The notes below the pieces were generated by a model, which ran no database searches, was not told where the DNA came from, and saw only the letters and a list, made by a program, of their open reading frames with translations. From Planctomycetota bacterium (lineage in GTDB: Bacteria; Planctomycetota; B15-G4; SIAN01), in assembly GCA_031409275.1 (NCBI GenBank), contig JANNXA010000027.1, forward strand, positions 64,001-128,000: a stretch of DNA of 64,000 bases. Reading direction: 5' to 3'. Position numbers and translations under genes: made by a program. Shown here piece by piece: positions 47,610-56,669 of the stretch. Positions within the stretch are counted from its first letter, which is position 1; each line of letters starts with the position of its first letter.

Positions 47610-50600
47610 TCACTCCTCGATGAAGGAGAGTTCGAGCGATTCCGGGAAACGCACGCGATAGCCCCATTCGAGCGTCGCGACGCCGTTGCGCGGCAGCGCC
47701 AGCTCCCAAGTCAGGATCCCCGCCTCGTCGCGGCGGCGCTTCGCTTCGGCACCATTCGACGGCGCCGGCTTGGGAGGCTCGAGCGTGACCTCGATCCGTT
47801 CGTCGCGGGCGCGCGGCAGCGCCTCTTCGACCGTCACCTGGATGCGGCCATCGCTGCGATTCGCGGGGGCGCCGTGGTCGCGCAGTTCGAGCCGCCAAGC
47901 GCGGCGTCGGGTGCCCGCGGACGAGAAGGTGGAGCTCGCGAAGTCATCGGCGGTCGCGACCCGCTCGACAGCGATCCACGGATCGGCGCCGAGGTGGAGT
48001 TCGACCTCGGCCTGCTTTGGAGCGAGCGCGAGAGTTCCGCGGCCGAGGTAGTCGCGGCCGAGGTGAACGGCGGTCGGGCCAGGCAGCAGCGTCCAAACGC
48101 TCGTGTTCGTCGCCTTGCCGGTGAGCCAGACCGTGGCATCGATCGCGGGGACGCAGCGCCGCTCGATGGTGAGCGGCAACGCCGCGCGGCCGATCAGCAG
48201 GAGCTGACCGTCTCGATTCGGAGCGACGTGCTGGCGGCCCGGCAGCTCGAAGCGCTCCGAGATGCCCTGGTCGGCGACCTTTGCGACCGGGGCCGCACGG
48301 CCGGGCTTGAAGCCCGCCATGCCCGACACGTCGAACGCGTCATCGTACGCCGCTTCGGCAGAGGCGGTCGGAGGTGCCGCGTCGGCCGCGCCCAGGAAGT
48401 GGCGCTCCTCTCGGCGCAGCGAGAGTCGCTCGACCTGCGGGTCGGGGCCGGCGGCGCCACGTTGCGGAGCCGCGGTCGAGAGCGCGAGCGCGACATCGTT
48501 CCACGCTTCCGGCGTCGCTTGCCAGACGCGCGCGCGGTAGGTGAGGTCGACGTGATCGAGCTCCTTGGCGGCGCGCACGTCGTACTCGGGACTCCATCCC
48601 GCTTCGGCGACGAGGTAGCTCAAAGTGCAAGCAAGCGGCCCTTCCTGACGCGCGAAGGCGTCGATCAGCACGTCGCGCACGCGAGTGGCGGCGGCGCCAT
48701 CGCCGGCGAGGTCACGCGCCGCAGCGGCCACTTCTCGATTCTTCGCAGCGATGGCGCGCGCGTTGGACCGGCGCGCCTCCTGCTGCGCAGCAAGTTCCGA
48801 TTCGAGGAAGGCCGCTTCCTTGCTCCACGCCTCGAAGTTCGGGCGCGCGCCGTCGCTGTTCGCGGTGGGCAGCTGCGGGATCATCCGTTGGCGCAGGTGC
48901 TGACCCAACTCTTCGAGCGTGACGCGCTCGTCGTTCAGAACCGCGAGCTCGCGTTCGAGTCCCTGATGGCGCGCACGCAGCGCCGCGAGCTGCGCGTCGG
49001 GCAGGGTCGCTTGCTGGCGCTCGCGCAGCTCGAGGCTCACGATCTCGCCGCCTTCGAGGCGGAGCCGGATCGAAGTCGGATCGGCGCTGATCGGGAGGTC
49101 GCGCAGCACGAAGGTGCCGGCGCCGGGAAGCGTCGCGTGCCGCTCGACGAGCGCGCCCGCGCCGTACACGGTGACCCGCTCGATCCGGCTGTCGATCACC
49201 TGCTGCGCCGTCGCAACGGTCGGGCTCGCGGCGAGCGCGGCCAACAGCAGCGCGGTCGCCGGAAGCGCCTGGTGGCGGCGGTGGCGGCGCGCGCGGTAGG
49301 CGGCGAGGCCTGCGATCAACGCGACGACGGCGCCCGCCAGCGAGCGCCGCAACCACGGCGGGTCGTTGCCGCCGAACGATCCGACGCCGCCGGCGCCGCG
49401 CAGCAACTCGGCGTCATCGGGCCAGGTCACGGTCTGTTTCCACTCGACGGTCCCGACGGCGCCTCGCGCGAGCGAAACCTCCCAAGTGAGGATCCCCTTC
49501 TCGCTGCGGTCGCGATCGAAGCGCGGGCTGCGGGCGAGCGGCGGCACGACGTCGTCGAGCTCGACGTCGATGCGGTCGTCCTGCGCCAGGGGCAGCGTCT
49601 CGCGCACTTGCACCACGACCCGTCCGTCGGCACTCGACGCGAGGCCGGCCTGGTTCTCGATGCGGACGCGCCAACGGTCGATCTTCCGGCTCTTCGAGCC
49701 GAAGAGACCGGCGCTCCCTTGCTGATCCTCGACGTGGTGGCGGGTGACGACGAAGCCGGGATCGCGGCCGAGGTGAAGCGTGAACTCCTGGCCCGGACGC
49801 ACCAGCTCGAGCGCCGCCGGACCGACGAAGTCGTCGCCGAAGAAGACGGCAGCCGGGCCGGGCAGCAGCACGAACGGGCTGTCGTTCTTCGTGCGTGCCC
49901 GAATCCAGACGTCGAGATCCCGTGCCGGCGTGCAGACGCGCTCGCCCTCGACGGCGAGGGTCGCCTGCGTCACCAGGACCGTGGTCGCGCTCGCCCGCGA
50001 CTCGATCGTCTCCTTGCGCGGCAGTTGGTAGCGCAGCGAGAGCCCTTCCTGCTCCGGTTGCGCGCTCCACTGCTCGTCGTTGTCCGCATCGTGCTTCGCC
50101 TTGTCGTGGAACTCCATTTTTGCGTATCCGGCCGTCGCGAATCCGGATCTGCCCACGTCTCGCGGGCGCGCCAGGTCGATCCAGGTCGCCCGTGCGATCG
50201 GGCCGACGACGCCGCGGCGCGGCTCGGCGGTCGACAGGAACAGCGCGACGTCGCGCCAATCCTCGCCCGTCTGCTGCGTCACCTCGGCCCGATAGGTGAG
50301 CGCGACCTTGGCCAGCGTCGCGTCGGCGCGCAGGTCGTATCGCGGCATCCAGTGGGCGTTGCCGACCTCGTAGTCGAGCTCGAGGGAGAGCGCGCCGTCG
50401 TCGAGTGCGACGACGCTGAAGGAGAGGTCGAAGCGATTCGTCGGTCCGCCCGACCGAAGCGTGGCACGTTCGTCACGCGCGGCCGACAACGCCGCTTCGG
50501 CGGCCTGCCGCGCCTCGGTCGCCGCGCGCTCGCCGCTGCGCGCGCTGCGGAGTTGCTCGCCGAGATAGCGGTAGTTGGGGTTCCAGGCGTCCGCCTCGGG

Positions 50601-51044
50601 GCGGCCGCGAGCCATCTCCTGCGCATGCGCCGTCGCCTCCTGCGCGAGCAGCGCCTCGACTCGCTCGCGCAACGCCACTCGCAGCGCGAGCGCGTCGGCG
50701 GCGCGGTCCAGCTGCTCGGCCAGCGATTCGATCCGCTGTTCGATCGCGGCGATCCGTTCGGGCGCGACCACGTCGGGGGCGGCGGCACGGACCGTGAGGT
50801 CGTTGGCTTCCGCGCCGACGAGGCGCAACTGCACGCTGTCGGGAACCAGCGTCGGCGGCAGTCCCGGGATCACGTAGCGACCATCGCCGCTTGGAAGCGC
50901 GGCACGCCGCTTCACCAGCGCGCTGTCGCGATGGACCGAGACTTCGGTGATGGTCGTGGCGAGCGGAGTTTCGCGGTCGACGCGAGCGCCGACGGACGTC
51001 AACGCCAACGGCAGCACGAAGAGCGGGAACGAGGCGAGCATCAC
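47610..51044 (-). CDS. Tandem double DUF4140/DUF4139 (MuiA-like) protein
   Basis: Two complete modules: ITEVSVHRDSALV...W.PRYDLR...QQTGEDWRDVAL.LSTA.P and IERVTVYGAGALV...WSPEYDVR...QATPEAWNDVAL.LSTA.P. Confidence 0.85.
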   Translation of the reverse strand: MMLASFPLFVLPLALTSVGARVDRETPLATTITEVSVHRDSALVKRRAALPSGDGRYVIPGLPPTLVPDSVQLRLVGAEANDLTVRAAAPDVVAPERIAAIEQRIESLAEQLDRAADALALRVALRERVEALLAQEATAHAQEMARGRPEADAWNPNYRYLGEQLRSARSGERAATEARQAAEAALSAARDERATLRSGGPTNRFDLSFSVVALDDGALSLELDYEVGNAHWMPRYDLRADATLAKVALTYRAEVTQQTGEDWRDVALFLSTAEPRRGVVGPIARATWIDLARPRDVGRSGFATAGYAKMEFHDKAKHDADNDEQWSAQPEQEGLSLRYQLPRKETIESRASATTVLVTQATLAVEGERVCTPARDLDVWIRARTKNDSPFVLLPGPAAVFFGDDFVGPAALELVRPGQEFTLHLGRDPGFVVTRHHVEDQQGSAGLFGSKSRKIDRWRVRIENQAGLASSADGRVVVQVRETLPLAQDDRIDVELDDVVPPLARSPRFDRDRSEKGILTWEVSLARGAVGTVEWKQTVTWPDDAELLRGAGGVGSFGGNDPPWLRRSLAGAVVALIAGLAAYRARRHRRHQALPATALLLAALAASPTVATAQQVIDSRIERVTVYGAGALVERHATLPGAGTFVLRDLPISADPTSIRLRLEGGEIVSLELRERQQATLPDAQLAALRARHQGLERELAVLNDERVTLEELGQHLRQRMIPQLPTANSDGARPNFEAWSKEAAFLESELAAQQEARRSNARAIAAKNREVAAAARDLAGDGAAATRVRDVLIDAFARQEGPLACTLSYLVAEAGWSPEYDVRAAKELDHVDLTYRARVWQATPEAWNDVALALSTAAPQRGAAGPDPQVERLSLRREERHFLGAADAAPPTASAEAAYDDAFDVSGMAGFKPGRAAPVAKVADQGISERFELPGRQHVAPNRDGQLLLIGRAALPLTIERRCVPAIDATVWLTGKATNTSVWTLLPGPTAVHLGRDYLGRGTLALAPKQAEVELHLGADPWIAVERVATADDFASSTFSSAGTRRRAWRLELRDHGAPANRSDGRIQVTVEEALPRARDERIEVTLEPPKPAPSNGAEAKRRRDEAGILTWELALPRNGVATLEWGYRVRFPESLELSFIEE

Positions 51045-51628
51045 GGATCCTCCGTCGGCAGGGGCGGTGTGGTGGCCGGCGCGCTCGGCGCCGGGCCAGC
51101 GTCGGTCGAGAGGGTCGGACCGCGAGCGGGCTCGGCAGTTCCCGATGGCGCGGGTACCGGCGGTGTTCGCCGCTCGCGCGCGACGGCTCGGGTGAGCAGG
51201 CGGTCGAGCGTCGCGGCAAAGGCCTGCAGATCGCGCGTCCCGTAGGGGCGCGGACCGCCGGTGGAGACGCCGGCCCCGCGCAGGAAATCCATGAAGTTGC
51301 GCACCGAGAGGCGGCTTTGGGCGTCGTCTTCGGTGTACTCGCTTCCGCGCGGATCGATCACGGCGACCTGCTTCGCCACGAGCTGAGCCGCGAGCGCGAT
51401 GTCCGCGGTGATCACGACGTCGCCCGCGATCGCTTCCTGGACGATCCGGCGATCCGCGGCGTCGGCGCTCCCATCGACGACGATGACCCGCGCATTCGGA
51501 TAGGCGGCGGGAATCGGCGGCGATTGGTTCGCGACGAGGATCGTCTCGATCGCGAGGCGCTTGCCGGCGCGAAAGATGATGTCCTTCATCTCGCGCGGCG
51601 CGGCGTCGGCATCGATCCAGAGTCTCAT
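51041..51628 (-). CDS. YaiI/YqxD (UPF0178) family protein
   Basis: MRLWIDADAAP, DAADRRI, DVVITADIALA, IDPRG, TGGPRPY. Confidence 0.9.
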   Translation of the reverse strand: MRLWIDADAAPREMKDIIFRAGKRLAIETILVANQSPPIPAAYPNARVIVVDGSADAADRRIVQEAIAGDVVITADIALAAQLVAKQVAVIDPRGSEYTEDDAQSRLSVRNFMDFLRGAGVSTGGPRPYGTRDLQAFAATLDRLLTRAVARERRTPPVPAPSGTAEPARGPTLSTDAGPAPSAPATTPPLPTEDP

Positions 51629-51726
51629 CGAGGCGACACTACCGATCGAAGACCGCGGCGTCGGATCTCGTCGCGCGTGCTCCGCGAGGAGAGGCGATCC
51701 CGTCGACTCGTGCGGGAGATCTCGCA

Positions 51727-52812
51727 TCAGCCGGGTGGGGCGAGGGGCGGCCGCTGGAGGCTGCCCGAAGTGGGGGCGCCGTAGAGACGGTCGATGGGGC
51801 TGCGGACACCGGCGGGGCCGCGGTTCAGGACGTGGGTGTAGATCATGGTGGTCGAGACATCCTCGTGGCCGAGCAGTTGCTGCACCGTGCGAATGTCGTA
51901 GCCATCCTCGAGCAGATGGGTCGCGAAGGAATGGCGAAAGGTGTGGCAAGTGGCGTGCTTCACGATGCCGGCGCGCGCGACGGCCAGGTGAACGGAGCGT
52001 TGCAGCACCGTCTCATGCAAGTGGTGGCGGCGCAGGGTTTGAGTGTCGGCGCAGTAGTGGAGCCGGGCGGCCGGAAAGACCCACTGCCATGGCCAGCTCG
52101 CGGCCGCCTGGGTGTACTTGCGCGCGAGATCCGCCGGCAGTTCGACTTCGCCAGCGCCGTGCGCAAGATCGCGTTGATGGAGCCGTCGGGTCAGGCGGAG
52201 GTGGTCGCGCAGCGGCTCGATCAGCACGTGGGGCAACGGCGCTGCACGGTCCTTGCCGCCCTTACCGCGACGCACGAGGAGCTGTCGCGCCGAGAAGTCG
52301 ACGTCCTTCACTCGTAGCTGCAGCGCTTCCATCAGGCGCAGTCCCGCTCCGTACAGCAGATGAGCCGCCAACGCCGGCGCGCCCGTCAACTGCGAGAGCA
52401 CCGCGTGCACCTCCTCGCGCGTCATCACCACGGGCAGGCGCTTGGGCGCCTTCGCGCGCACCAGCGGCTCGAGGCTCTCGAGTTCGCGCTGCAGCACGTC
52501 ACGAAAGAGGACCAAGAGAGCCGCGAGCGCCTGATTCTGGGTCGAGGCCGATACCTGATGGGTGGTGGCGAGGTCGGAGAGGAAGTCGCGGATCTGCGGA
52601 GCGCCCATCGCGTCCGGATGCTGCATGCCGTGGAAGCGGACGAAACGGACGACCCACTGGACGTAGGCCTGCTCGGTACGAGGGCTCAGGTGGCGCGCGC
52701 GAATCACCGAACGCACGCGCTCGATCAGGCGCGGTGTCGCCGGGTCTGCGGCCGGCGTTGCCTTGCGCGGTCGATCGTCGGAGGCGGGTGTGCCGAACGG
52801 CCAGCGGACCAT
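51727..52812 (-). CDS. intI: Integron integrase (tyrosine recombinase)
   Basis: RHLSPRTEQAY, SASTQNQALAAL, LYGAGLRLME, GKGGKDR, IntI-specific insert (VELPADLARKY..A..W.WQWVFP...RRHHLHE), HTFRHSFATHLL, LLGH.DVSTTMIYTH. Start uncertain (52812-52863). Confidence 0.95.
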   Translation of the reverse strand: MVRWPFGTPASDDRPRKATPAADPATPRLIERVRSVIRARHLSPRTEQAYVQWVVRFVRFHGMQHPDAMGAPQIRDFLSDLATTHQVSASTQNQALAALLVLFRDVLQRELESLEPLVRAKAPKRLPVVMTREEVHAVLSQLTGAPALAAHLLYGAGLRLMEALQLRVKDVDFSARQLLVRRGKGGKDRAAPLPHVLIEPLRDHLRLTRRLHQRDLAHGAGEVELPADLARKYTQAAASWPWQWVFPAARLHYCADTQTLRRHHLHETVLQRSVHLAVARAGIVKHATCHTFRHSFATHLLEDGYDIRTVQQLLGHEDVSTTMIYTHVLNRGPAGVRSPIDRLYGAPTSGSLQRPPLAPPG

Positions 52813-52936
52813 GGAGCGCTCGCTCGCGGCGGCGCCGAACATCGACGCGGCACCCGATTGCACGCGCCTGACGTCGACCTTCGTCGCGATGCGAGGACGA
52901 TGCGACGGCGCCGCGGTGACGAATGCGAAGCGCGCT

Positions 52937-53635
52937 TCAGCTCGAACTCGCGAGCTCCTGCGTGGCTCGGGTGAGCCGTTGCGCCGGCACTTCGTGCGTC
53001 AGAGCGGCAAGGGCGGCGGCCAGTTGCGAGCGGGTCGCACCCAGGCGGCGCGCGCCCCGAAGATGGCTCTTGAGCTGCGCGGGGCAATCGAGCGCCGCGA
53101 GCGCGGCGACGGCCAGCAGTTCGCGCTCGCGCCCCTCGAGGCCGGCGCGCGTCAGCACGCGACCGTAGGCGTCCTCGAGCACCCAGTTCGAGTAATCGGC
53201 GGCGACGGCGTCGAGCCGCACGATCACCGCATCGCTCGCCGCGCCGTAGATCTTCCGGAAGAGCGCTCGGCCACGCGCTCGATCCGCCACCCGCGTTCGT
53301 GAAGCGACGCGAGCAGGGGCCTTCGGCGGGATCGAGCGCCGCGAGCTTGCGATCTCGGCGAGCGCCGTCTCGAGCTGGCGCAATCCCTGGATGGCACGCG
53401 GGAAACCGCAGAAGAGGTGCGCCATCCGGGCGACTTCGAGGAGCCGCACGCGCGACTCTCCCGTCGCGAGCGCCGCCGAGTAGTGGCGACGGGTCGCCGG
53501 CTCGCGACCGTCGACGGTCGCCACGAAGGCGCGGATCGCGTGGGCGAAACCGGCGCCGAGCGGTGCGGTGCTCGCGGCGCGACGGCGCGCTGCGGTCGAT
53601 CGGTCAGGTCGTTGGGGTTGCGAACGCTTTGCCAC
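52937..53635 (-). CDS. Carboxymuconolactone decarboxylase/AhpD family protein
   Basis: HLFCGFPRAI, RGRALFRKIYG, AYGRVLTR.GL...ERELLAVAAL, QLKSHLRGA.RLG. Confidence 0.8.
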   Translation of the reverse strand: MAKRSQPQRPDRSTAARRRAASTAPLGAGFAHAIRAFVATVDGREPATRRHYSAALATGESRVRLLEVARMAHLFCGFPRAIQGLRQLETALAEIASSRRSIPPKAPARVASRTRVADRARGRALFRKIYGAASDAVIVRLDAVAADYSNWVLEDAYGRVLTRAGLEGRERELLAVAALAALDCPAQLKSHLRGARRLGATRSQLAAALAALTHEVPAQRLTRATQELASSS

Positions 53636-53924
53636 TCTGCCTCGCTCCTCGCCACGGTCGCCGCGCATCTTTCGCCGTCCGCCGGCGCTCCACAAGTGGC
53701 ATTGCGCGCGGTCTGGCGGGACCGTCACCGCGCCTGCTGGGTGACGTCCAACGATCGTTGCACGGGCGCCGCGCCGCTCGTCGTGCGAGCCGTCGCCCGT
53801 GTCACAGGTCGGGGGGATCTCGACGGTGGGTTGCGGATGGCGGCGCAGACGGCAAGCTCGCGGCGCTGCGGCACGCTCGCACCCTGCATGGTGCGAGCCG
53901 CTCGTCGCCCTGGGAGAGTTCGGC

Positions 53925-55808
53925 ATGGGCTTTGGATTCATCGACCCGCGATCACGTGCGCTGCTCGTTGCGCTGCTCGTTCCGCTCGCCGCCGCAGCGG
54001 CGCAGCCGCTTCCGCAGGAGGGGACACCGCCGAAGCAGGACGCGCCGCCGGCCGCGGCGCCAAAGCCCCAGGCGCGCACCAATCGAGCTGCCGTCGCCAA
54101 CCTGCCGATCGCCGACGTCACGAACTACCGTGGCGGCCTCACCGCTGCGGTCACTTCAGCGAGCGCCCACTTCGACGTCGATCTGCGCGGCGTCGACCTC
54201 ACCGCCGATCCGCTCCTGATCGTGAATGGGTCGCCGATTTCACAGGCCGACCTCTCGCGCCAGATCGCGTTTTCGTTCGGTGCCAACGAGATCGAACAGT
54301 TCCTCACCGGCGTGATGCTGCGGCGGGTGAAGGCGGAGCTCGCTGCGGCCGGCCATCCGGTGCCGCCGAGCACCATCACCGAAGACGAGATCAAGAAGAA
54401 GTTCGAGGAGGACAAGAAGGTCATCCCGCAGATGCGTGGCATGACGCCGGAGCAGTACGAGAAGGCGATCCTCGAGGGGATCGGCTGGCCGCGCTACGTC
54501 GAGTTCCAGCGCCAGCAGATGGAGTTCGAGCGCTTCTTCCTGCCCGATCCGCCGGAGGAATGGGCGAAGCACCAGCGCGAGCTCACCAAGGAGCTCGACG
54601 ACGCGGAGACCAAGAAGGAAGAGGAGCGCAAGGCGAAGGAGGCCGCGGAGGCGGCCGCTTCAGGCGGCGCGAAAGAGGCCGGGAAAGATGACGGGAAAGA
54701 GGCCGCGAAGCCCAATCCGCAGATGCCCCCCGCGCCACCTGCCGACCTTTCCTTCATCCCCGCCAAGACGTGGGAGCTCCTCGACGAGCGCACCGCGGCG
54801 ACGCTCAAGCTGAACTACGCGCGCGGCAACAGCCTGCATCCGCTGATGCGCGGCGGGCTGATCGGCAGCTTCCGCAAGAAGCTCCTGGCGACGGTCGAGG
54901 TGCGCGCCGGTCGTCCCGACGAGCCCGACGTTGCCATCGTCTGCGGCGACGAGAAGTTCGCGATGAAGGAGCTGCTCGCATTGGTTGGCGGGCGCCTCGA
55001 GGACGATGCGCGGCGGATCGCGTTGCGCGAGCTCCTGAACCTGCGCGCGGTCGATGCACGCCTCGCCAAAGAGGGTGTCCTCCTGCCCGAAGCCGAAGGC
55101 GACGCGCGGATGCGCGAGTGGCGCAAGAAGTACGACGGCTCGCTGATCCAGGCCGAGCAGATCGTCGCGGCGTACGGCTACAACAGCGTGTGGCACTTCC
55201 GCGAGGTGTTCCGCCGCAAGCAGTCGTATCGGCAGCTCGTCGAAGTCGGACTCACCGAAGAGAAGGTGAAGAACCACTACGACAACGCCGGTCGCGTCTT
55301 CTTCGAGGGCGGCACCGTGATCGGGCAGCTGCTCTTCATTCCGGGCCCCGACAAGGAGGCGTCGCGGGCGCAGATCGACGCGCTGCTCGCCGAGGTCGGC
55401 GCGGGAACGCGCAGCTTCGCGGCCGTCGCGCGCGAAGCGGGCAAGTACCCGGACGGCGCCGAGATCCACTCGGGCGCGCTGTCGCCGTTGGTTCGCAACA
55501 AGCTGCGTTCGGCGCTGAACGAGGCGGAGTACACCAACTTCCTCACGGGCTACTCCTTCGCGGACGAGGCGTTCTACGCGGCCAAGGAGGGCTCGATCAT
55601 CGGTCCGATCTGGCGCGACCTCGTGCCCGAGAAGACGGGTTGGTACGCCTTCCACATCGACCGCTTCTTCACGACCGGCTCGCGACCGGCGCTGCTCGAC
55701 CCGAAGGTGCGTGATCGGGCGATCGACGACCTCGTCGACGTCACCTTCCCGCGCTACGTGAACGAGGCGCTCTCGCGCAGCTCGATCGAGCTCCCGCCGA
55801 AGAAGTGA
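53925..55808 (+). CDS. Secreted SurA/PpiC-like foldase (degenerate peptidylprolyl isomerase)
   Basis: Signal peptide, IVNGSPISQADL, TEEKVKNHYD, SFAAVARE, G.L, IIGPI..., GWY. Confidence 0.6.
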   Translation: MGFGFIDPRSRALLVALLVPLAAAAAQPLPQEGTPPKQDAPPAAAPKPQARTNRAAVANLPIADVTNYRGGLTAAVTSASAHFDVDLRGVDLTADPLLIVNGSPISQADLSRQIAFSFGANEIEQFLTGVMLRRVKAELAAAGHPVPPSTITEDEIKKKFEEDKKVIPQMRGMTPEQYEKAILEGIGWPRYVEFQRQQMEFERFFLPDPPEEWAKHQRELTKELDDAETKKEEERKAKEAAEAAASGGAKEAGKDDGKEAAKPNPQMPPAPPADLSFIPAKTWELLDERTAATLKLNYARGNSLHPLMRGGLIGSFRKKLLATVEVRAGRPDEPDVAIVCGDEKFAMKELLALVGGRLEDDARRIALRELLNLRAVDARLAKEGVLLPEAEGDARMREWRKKYDGSLIQAEQIVAAYGYNSVWHFREVFRRKQSYRQLVEVGLTEEKVKNHYDNAGRVFFEGGTVIGQLLFIPGPDKEASRAQIDALLAEVGAGTRSFAAVAREAGKYPDGAEIHSGALSPLVRNKLRSALNEAEYTNFLTGYSFADEAFYAAKEGSIIGPIWRDLVPEKTGWYAFHIDRFFTTGSRPALLDPKVRDRAIDDLVDVTFPRYVNEALSRSSIELPPKK

Positions 55809-56602
55809 GCGGCGCGGCCGATGCCGTCGGAGGCTGTCGTTCCCGCCCTCCGGCGGAATCGCGTCGACGCGTGCGTCTGCTGATGGGAGGGGCCGCGGCC
55901 CCGGCCTTCAACCTCGCGCTCGATGAGGCGCTGCTGCACGGTGAAGGTGCCGTCGTGCGCCTGTACGAATGGGAGCCGCCCGGACTGTCGCTCGGCTACT
56001 TCCAGAAGTTCGCCGAACTCGATCTCGCACCGATCGAGCGCCGCGGTTTCGTCGTCGTTCGCCGGCCGACCGGCGGCGGCGCGATCGCGCACATCGACGA
56101 GCTGACGTTCTGCATCGCGGACGACGTCGGCGGCGGCTTCTTCGATGCGGACGTGCGCGCGGGTTACCGGCGCATCCATCGCGCCTTCGCCGCCGCGCTG
56201 CTGCAGCTCGGCGCCAGCACCAAGGAGCGCGGTGAGGCGCCGCTCGTCAGCGACGAGCCGAGCGCGGAGTGGCTCTGCTTCTACAAATCGAGCAGCGTCG
56301 ACCTCGAGGCGCGCGGCCGCAAGCTGCTCGGTTCGGCGCAGCGGCGAGTCGGCCGGAGAGTCATGCATCACGGCTCGTTGCCGTTGCGCCCCAATCCGGT
56401 GACCCCCGGCGCGGCGAACGTGGCCGGAGAACTCGGGCGCGCCGTGGCGGCGGGGGAGGTCGCTGCCGCGCTCGTCGATGCGTTCGAAGCGGAGTTCGAT
56501 TGCCAACTCGTGGCCGACTCGCCGACGCGGGACGAGCTCGATCGCGCCGCGCTCCTCGTGGCCGAGAAGTACGGTCAGGCGATCTGGACGAGAGCCCGCT
56601 GA
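55805..56602 (+). CDS. Lipoate-protein ligase A / LipM-like octanoyltransferase
   Basis: NLALDEALL, RLYEW..P.LSLGYFQ, VRRPTGGGAI.H, CF, GRKLLGSAQRR, HGSL. Confidence 0.9.
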   Translation: MSGAADAVGGCRSRPPAESRRRVRLLMGGAAAPAFNLALDEALLHGEGAVVRLYEWEPPGLSLGYFQKFAELDLAPIERRGFVVVRRPTGGGAIAHIDELTFCIADDVGGGFFDADVRAGYRRIHRAFAAALLQLGASTKERGEAPLVSDEPSAEWLCFYKSSSVDLEARGRKLLGSAQRRVGRRVMHHGSLPLRPNPVTPGAANVAGELGRAVAAGEVAAALVDAFEAEFDCQLVADSPTRDELDRAALLVAEKYGQAIWTRAR

Positions 56603-56669
56603 CGGACGCGGCCGCAGCGGCGCCGCTCGTGCCGCCGCTATCGTTCGCCGCGCCACTCGACCGGGTGGC

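Noticed and set aside
47508..51245. 1245-aa plus-strand ORF and other long antisense ORFs (e.g. 19121-21601, 25398-28118, 40687-43149, 61095-63698)
   Set aside because: Shadow ORFs of real genes in high-GC DNA: Arg/Ala-rich with no recognisable motifs.
46487..51628. GNAT, DinB, DUF4139 and yaiI as integron cassettes downstream of intI
   Set aside because: The genes abut or overlap (0 to -4 nt) or have their own promoter-like motif, and no attC core sites (AAC...GTT) lie in the gaps.
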